DNA of 47,142 nucleotides from Escherichia phage 2G7b: sequence record NC_049954.1; one strand, 5' to 3'. Shown piece by piece: positions 43,176 to 47,142 of this stretch (position 1 is its first letter; each line of letters starts with the position of its first letter). The notes under the pieces were generated by a model. It saw only the letters and a program-made list of their open reading frames with translations, ran no database searches and was not told where the DNA came from. The position numbers and the translations under genes were made by a program.

Positions 43176-43212
43176 GCGGAGGCAAAGCCTCCCGCAACAT
43201 ATCTTTTTCGTA
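43176..43212. terminator. bidirectional hairpin GTTGCGGAGGC-aaa-GCCTCCCGCAAC between Q and the convergent porin gene
   Basis: Long GC-rich inverted repeat with ATATCTTTTT on the plus side; sits right at the porin stop. Confidence 0.55.
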
Positions 43213-43219
43213 AGTCAGA

Positions 43220-44302
43220 TTAGAACTGATAAACCAGACCTACAGCGACGATGTCGTCGGTATCAATACCAGCTGTTTTGGTAAACTTACTATCGTCAAT
43301 TAAGTTGATTTTGTAATCAACAAAAGTAGACATGTTTTTATTAAAGTAGTAAGTAGCACCGACATCGACATACTTGACTAAGTCTCGGTCACCATGAACA
43401 CCAAGGTCTTTACCTTTTGACTGAAGGTAAGCAACAGATGGGCGCAGACCGAAGTCAAACTGATATTGTGCTACTGCTTCAAAGTTTTGTGCTTTGTTTG
43501 CAATATGGTTATTACCAAAAACGGTCATATTCTGAGTTTCAGAATATGTGGTAGCCAGATAGATATTGTTCGCATCATATTTCAGGCCTGCAGCCCATAC
43601 TTCCGCATTTTTGCCGGAGGCATTGAATTTGCTCTTACCATAGGCGACCTGACCGTCAGTGCGATCTGATTTAGCATAGGTTGCACCCACGCCGAATCCT
43701 TCATACTCATAAGTAGTGGAGAAACCGAAACCATCACCATTGGCTTCAGTTACGTCAGTGCGGTCATTTTTACCCTGATACTGAGCAGCAAAGTTCAGGC
43801 CATCGACCAGACCAAAGAAGTCGTTGTTACGATAAGTTGCAACACCAGTAGTGCGACCAGTCATGAACACATCTGTTTGGGTCCAGGTATCACCACCGAA
43901 TTCTGGCAGAACGTCAGTCCACGCACCGATGTCGTATGCTACACCGTAGTTACGGCCGTAATCGATGGAGCCGTAATCACCAAATTTCAGGCCTGCAAAT
44001 GCAAGACGGGTTTTGTCTTTGGAAGAACCTTGAGATTCAGCACGGTTGCCTTTGAATTCATATTCCCACTGACCGAAACCAGTCAGTTGATCGTTGATTT
44101 GGGTTTCACCTTTGAAGCCAAGACGGGCATAAGTAGTATCACCATCATCTGCATCATTAGAGGAGAAGTAGTGCTTGGCATTAACTTTCCCGTATAGATC
44201 CAGCTTGTTACTGTCTTTATTATAAATTTCAGCTGCCTGAGCAGACATCGCCATCAGTACTGATGCAGCTACAGCAGAAATTGCCACTGTTAATTTTTTC
44301 AT
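43220..44302 (-). CDS. nmpC: OmpC/OmpF-family general porin (NmpC / phage PA-2 Lc type)
   Basis: Start [23 protein letters not shown]|[16 protein letters not shown].. and C-terminal ..VAVGLVYQF typical of enterobacterial trimeric porins; antisense between Q and lysis genes as nmpC is in DLP12. Confidence 0.85.
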   Translation of the reverse strand: MKKLTVAISAVAASVLMAMSAQAAEIYNKDSNKLDLYGKVNAKHYFSSNDADDGDTTYARLGFKGETQINDQLTGFGQWEYEFKGNRAESQGSSKDKTRLAFAGLKFGDYGSIDYGRNYGVAYDIGAWTDVLPEFGGDTWTQTDVFMTGRTTGVATYRNNDFFGLVDGLNFAAQYQGKNDRTDVTEANGDGFGFSTTYEYEGFGVGATYAKSDRTDGQVAYGKSKFNASGKNAEVWAAGLKYDANNIYLATTYSETQNMTVFGNNHIANKAQNFEAVAQYQFDFGLRPSVAYLQSKGKDLGVHGDRDLVKYVDVGATYYFNKNMSTFVDYKINLIDDSKFTKTAGIDTDDIVAVGLVYQF

Positions 44303-44728
44303 TGTACGCCCTTTTTTTGAACTATTATTAAAAAATGATGTCACTGCGCGATAAATATTCATCTAATCAATGTGATTATTTCAAGATGTAAGTTTTAGTT
44401 TCTCATTTAATTTGTGAAGTAGATCTCTATTTTTATCTGAACCTTTTCTATCTAATCCTATTCATGGCTCTTGTCTGAACAAAAATAAATCTATTAGCTA
44501 ATTTATATTAATGGCACTTATTTATAAGTGCTCTATAATTCTTTAGCTTAATTTAAACAAACTAAAAATAACATCGGAAATTATTAACTGATTATTTGTT
44601 GAAGTTTTCTTATGTATTTGTGGTGGTGTTTTGAACACTCGGTGGCATTCTCACAAATATCATTTAGTAGTTTACGTACGTAAAAAATTGGTTATGCTGT
44701 TAAGAGTGGTTACTTCGTCACACAGCTT

Positions 44729-44761
44729 AAACCCGCCGTCGAGCGGGTTTTTCCATTTTTT
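44729..44761 (+). terminator. strong intrinsic terminator upstream of S (AAACCCGC-cgtcga-GCGGGTTT + TTCCATTTTTT), candidate tR' for the Q-antiterminated late transcript
   Basis: 8-bp stem hairpin followed by T-rich tract; the late promoter pR' and qut site would lie within ~100 nt upstream but are not confidently placed. Confidence 0.65.
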
Positions 44762-44890
44762 GAGTCTCGATATTAGCTGATAACCCAATACCTGAGTTAT
44801 TCACTGACTCCGAATCTGTTACGTTTCTGCCTTTATTGCGATACGTAATATCCCCTTAATTTACACCCGCTTTGTCTGCGAGGTGGGGTT

Positions 44891-45106
44891 ATGAAATCCA
44901 TGGATAAGTTAACAACGGGTGTCGCCTATGGCACCTCAGCAGGTAGTGCCGGTTACTGGTTTTTACAGCTGCTCGATAAAGTCACGCCCTCACAGTGGGC
45001 AGCAATAGGTGTGCTGGGTAGCCTGGTATTTGGCCTGCTGACGTACCTGACAAACCTTTATTTCAAGATTAAAGAAGATAAGCGCAAGGCTGCGAGAGGT
45101 GAATAA
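44891..45106 (+). CDS. S: class II holin (phage 21 S21 pinholin type)
   Basis: 71-aa [74 protein letters not shown] with two TM segments and dual-start MKSM. Confidence 0.9.
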
Positions 45107-45603
45107 TGCCTCCATCATTACGAAAAGCCGTTGCTGCTGCTATTGGTGGCGGAGCAATTGCTATAGCATCAGTGTTAATCACTGGCCCAAGTGGTAACGA
45201 TGGTCTGGAAGGTGTCAGCTACATACCATACAAAGATATTGTTGGTGTATGGACTGTATGTCACGGGCATACAGGAAAAGACATCATGCTCGGTAAAACG
45301 TATACCAAAGCAGAATGCAAAGCCCTCCTGAATAAAGACCTTGCCACGGTCGCCAGACAAATTAACCCGTACATCAAAGTCGATATACCGGAAACAATGC
45401 GCGGCGCTCTTTACTCATTCGTTTACAACGTGGGTGCTGGCAATTTCAGAACATCGACGCTTCTTCGCAAAATAAACCAGGGCGATATCAAAGGCGCATG
45501 TGATCAGCTACGTCGCTGGACATATGCTGGCGGTAAGCAATGGAAAGGTCTCATGACTCGTCGTGAGATTGAGCGTGAAATCTGTTTGTGGGGTCAGCAA
45601 TGA
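45106..45603 (+). CDS. R: SAR endolysin (lysozyme with N-terminal signal-anchor-release domain, R21 type)
   Basis: 165-aa ORF with Gly/Ala-rich weakly hydrophobic N-terminus [20 protein letters not shown] followed by lysozyme-like domain. Confidence 0.85.
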   Translation: MPPSLRKAVAAAIGGGAIAIASVLITGPSGNDGLEGVSYIPYKDIVGVWTVCHGHTGKDIMLGKTYTKAECKALLNKDLATVARQINPYIKVDIPETMRGALYSFVYNVGAGNFRTSTLLRKINQGDIKGACDQLRRWTYAGGKQWKGLMTRREIEREICLWGQQ

Positions 45604-46061
45604 ACAGAGTAACCGCGATTATCTCCGCTCTGGTTATCTGCATCATCGTCTGCCTGTCATGGGCTGTTAATCATTACCGTGATAACGCCATTACCTACAA
45701 AGCCCAGCGCGACAAAAATGCCAGAGAACTGAAGCTGGCGAACGCGGCAATTACTGACATGCAGATGCGTCAGCGTGATGTTGCTGCGCTCGATGCAAAA
45801 TACACGAAGGAGTTAGCTGATGCGAAAGCTGAAAATGATGCTCTGCGTGATGATGTTGCCGCTGGTCGTCGTCGGTTGCACATCAAAGCAGTCTGTCAGT
45901 CAGTGCGTGAAGCCACCACCGCCTCCGGCGTGGATAATGCAGCCTCCCCCCGACTGGCAGACACCGCTGAACGGGATTATTTCACCCTCAGAGAGAGGCT
46001 GATCACTATGCAAAAACAACTGGAAGGAACCCAGAAGTATATTAATGAGCAGTGCAGATAG
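45600..46061 (+). CDS. Rz: i-spanin Rz
   Basis: Start [29 protein letters not shown].. (N-terminal TM then coiled coil); start overlaps R stop. Confidence 0.85.
   Translation: MNRVTAIISALVICIIVCLSWAVNHYRDNAITYKAQRDKNARELKLANAAITDMQMRQRDVAALDAKYTKELADAKAENDALRDDVAAGRRRLHIKAVCQSVREATTASGVDNAASPRLADTAERDYFTLRERLITMQKQLEGTQKYINEQCR
45820..46002 (+). CDS. Rz1: o-spanin Rz1 lipoprotein, embedded in +1 frame within Rz
   Basis: 60-aa [23 protein letters not shown]|TSKQ.. with lipobox and proline-rich mature region. Confidence 0.85.
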   Translation: MRKLKMMLCVMMLPLVVVGCTSKQSVSQCVKPPPPPAWIMQPPPDWQTPLNGIISPSERG

Positions 46062-46092
46062 AGCTGCCCATATCGATGGGCAACTCATGCAA

Positions 46093-46386
46093 TTATTGTG
46101 AGCAATACACACGCGCTTCCAGCGGAGTATAAATGCCTAAAGTAATAAAACCGAGAAATCCATTTACGAATGTTTGCTGGGTTTCTGTTTTAACAACATT
46201 TTCTGCGCCGCCACAAATTTTGGCTGCATCAACAGTTTTCTCCTGTCCAATTCCCGAAACGAAGAAATGATGGGTGATGGTTTCCTTTGGTGTTACTGCT
46301 GTCGGTTTGTTTCCAACAGTAAACGTCTGTTGAGCACATCCTGTAATAAGCATTGCCAGAGCGGCAGAAAACAACATTTTTTTCAT
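46093..46386 (-). CDS. bor: Bor lipoprotein (serum resistance)
   Basis: Start MKKMLFSAALAMLITGC|AQQTFTVGNK.. with lipobox; tool ORF starts further upstream. Confidence 0.9.
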   Translation of the reverse strand: MKKMLFSAALAMLITGCAQQTFTVGNKPTAVTPKETITHHFFVSGIGQEKTVDAAKICGGAENVVKTETQQTFVNGFLGFITLGIYTPLEARVYCSQ

Positions 46387-46748
46387 CTTATTATCCTGCA
46401 TTGTTAAAAACGGCAGAATCCTATGTGACAACAATTAAACGATAGTTAAATGGATTGATGAAAATTAAAACTATATAGGTGGATGCTCAGCCTATTGGAG
46501 GAGGGGGGGGGCACTCAGAATCCTGTGGAATGAAATAAACCGCTCTATCTGTCCATTACCCTTTTAGCTGCGCTGTATCGTCGCCGTATTCCCGCATTAA
46601 CCATGACCGTAGCCCGACGGGGAATTCCTTCTGCGTGAGTGTGCGGGAATAATCAAAAACGATGCACACCGGGTTTTACTGTGCTGACAGACGCAGGGTT
46701 ACCCTCATAGTCGCTTTTCCGGTGCGATGGTGGAAGAAACCGGGATGT

Positions 46749-46943
46749 TCATCCATCATCACTTTGGATTGATGTATATGCTCTCTTTTCTGACGTTAGT
46801 CTCCGACGGCAGGCTTCAATGACCCAGGCTGAGAAATTCCCAGACCCTTTTTGCTCAAGAGCGATGTTAATTTGTTCAATCATTTGGTTAGGAAAGCGGA
46901 TGTTGCGGGTTGTTGTTCTGCGGGTTCTGTTCTTCGTTGACAT
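46749..46943 (-). CDS. hypothetical small basic protein, possible ribbon-helix-helix DNA-binding
   Basis: 64-aa ORF MSTKNRTRRTTTRNIRFPNQMIEQINIALEQKGSGNFSAWVIEACRRRL.. Confidence 0.45.
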   Translation of the reverse strand: MSTKNRTRRTTTRNIRFPNQMIEQINIALEQKGSGNFSAWVIEACRRRLTSEKRAYTSIQSDDG

Positions 46944-47099
46944 GAGGTTGCCCCGTATTCAGTGTCGCTGATTTGTATTGTCTGAAGTTGTTTTTACGTT
47001 AAGTTGATGCAGATCAATTAATACGATACCTGCGTCATAATTGATTATTTGACGTGGTTTGATGGCGTAGATGCACGTTGTGACATGTAGATGATAATT

Positions 47100-47142
47100 A
47101 TTATCATTTTGCGGGTCCTTTCCGGCGATCCGACAGGTTACG
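47100..47142. other. cos: right genome terminus (cos side), matches lambda right end
   Basis: Window ends ..GCGGGTCCTTTCCGGCGATCCGACAGGTTACG, as lambda right end from memory. Confidence 0.75.

Overview
This window reads as a complete, cos-to-cos lambdoid phage genome in virion orientation. It begins with the 12-nt lambda cohesive end (GGGCGGCGACCT) and ends with the lambda right terminus (..CGACAGGTTACG). All protein and site identifications were made by eye from the supplied ORF translations and sequence, against recollection of phage lambda, phage 21 and the E. coli K-12 DLP12 prophage; no database search or computation was run. Layout: (1) 1-19.6 kb is a lambda-type packaging, head and tail module (nu1 to J) plus lom. 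(2) 19.6-23.7 kb is a mosaic tail-fibre region. (3) 23.7-27.7 kb is an AT-rich cargo island (SAM-methyltransferase between two tfa remnants, secreted alpha/beta-hydrolase, ompT). (4) 28.1-29.6 kb holds an attP core equal to the 3' end of tRNA-Arg (argU) next to a DLP12-type integrase and xis. (5) 29.6-35.1 kb is the lambda-type early-left region (exo, bet, gam, kil, cIII, ea10, ral, sieB, N-like). (6) 35.5-38.4 kb is a hybrid immunity region. (7) 38.4-43.0 kb is replication/nin (O with ori iterons, P, ren, ninB, adenine methyltransferase, ninE, rusA, Q). (8) 43.2-46.4 kb has an OmpC-family porin antisense between Q and a phage-21-type lysis cassette, then bor. The main hunting result is a two-gene, AT-rich cassette at 35481-36867, sitting exactly where lambda carries rexA-rexB (downstream of cI on the same strand). 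It encodes a 285-aa soluble protein and a 163-aa protein with four hydrophobic segments, neither of which I can match to RexA/RexB or any family; it is a candidate prophage-expressed exclusion or abortive-infection system. Secondary points are the cargo island, the mosaic tail fibre, the tRNA-derived attP, the hybrid cI/cII and the nut-site motifs.
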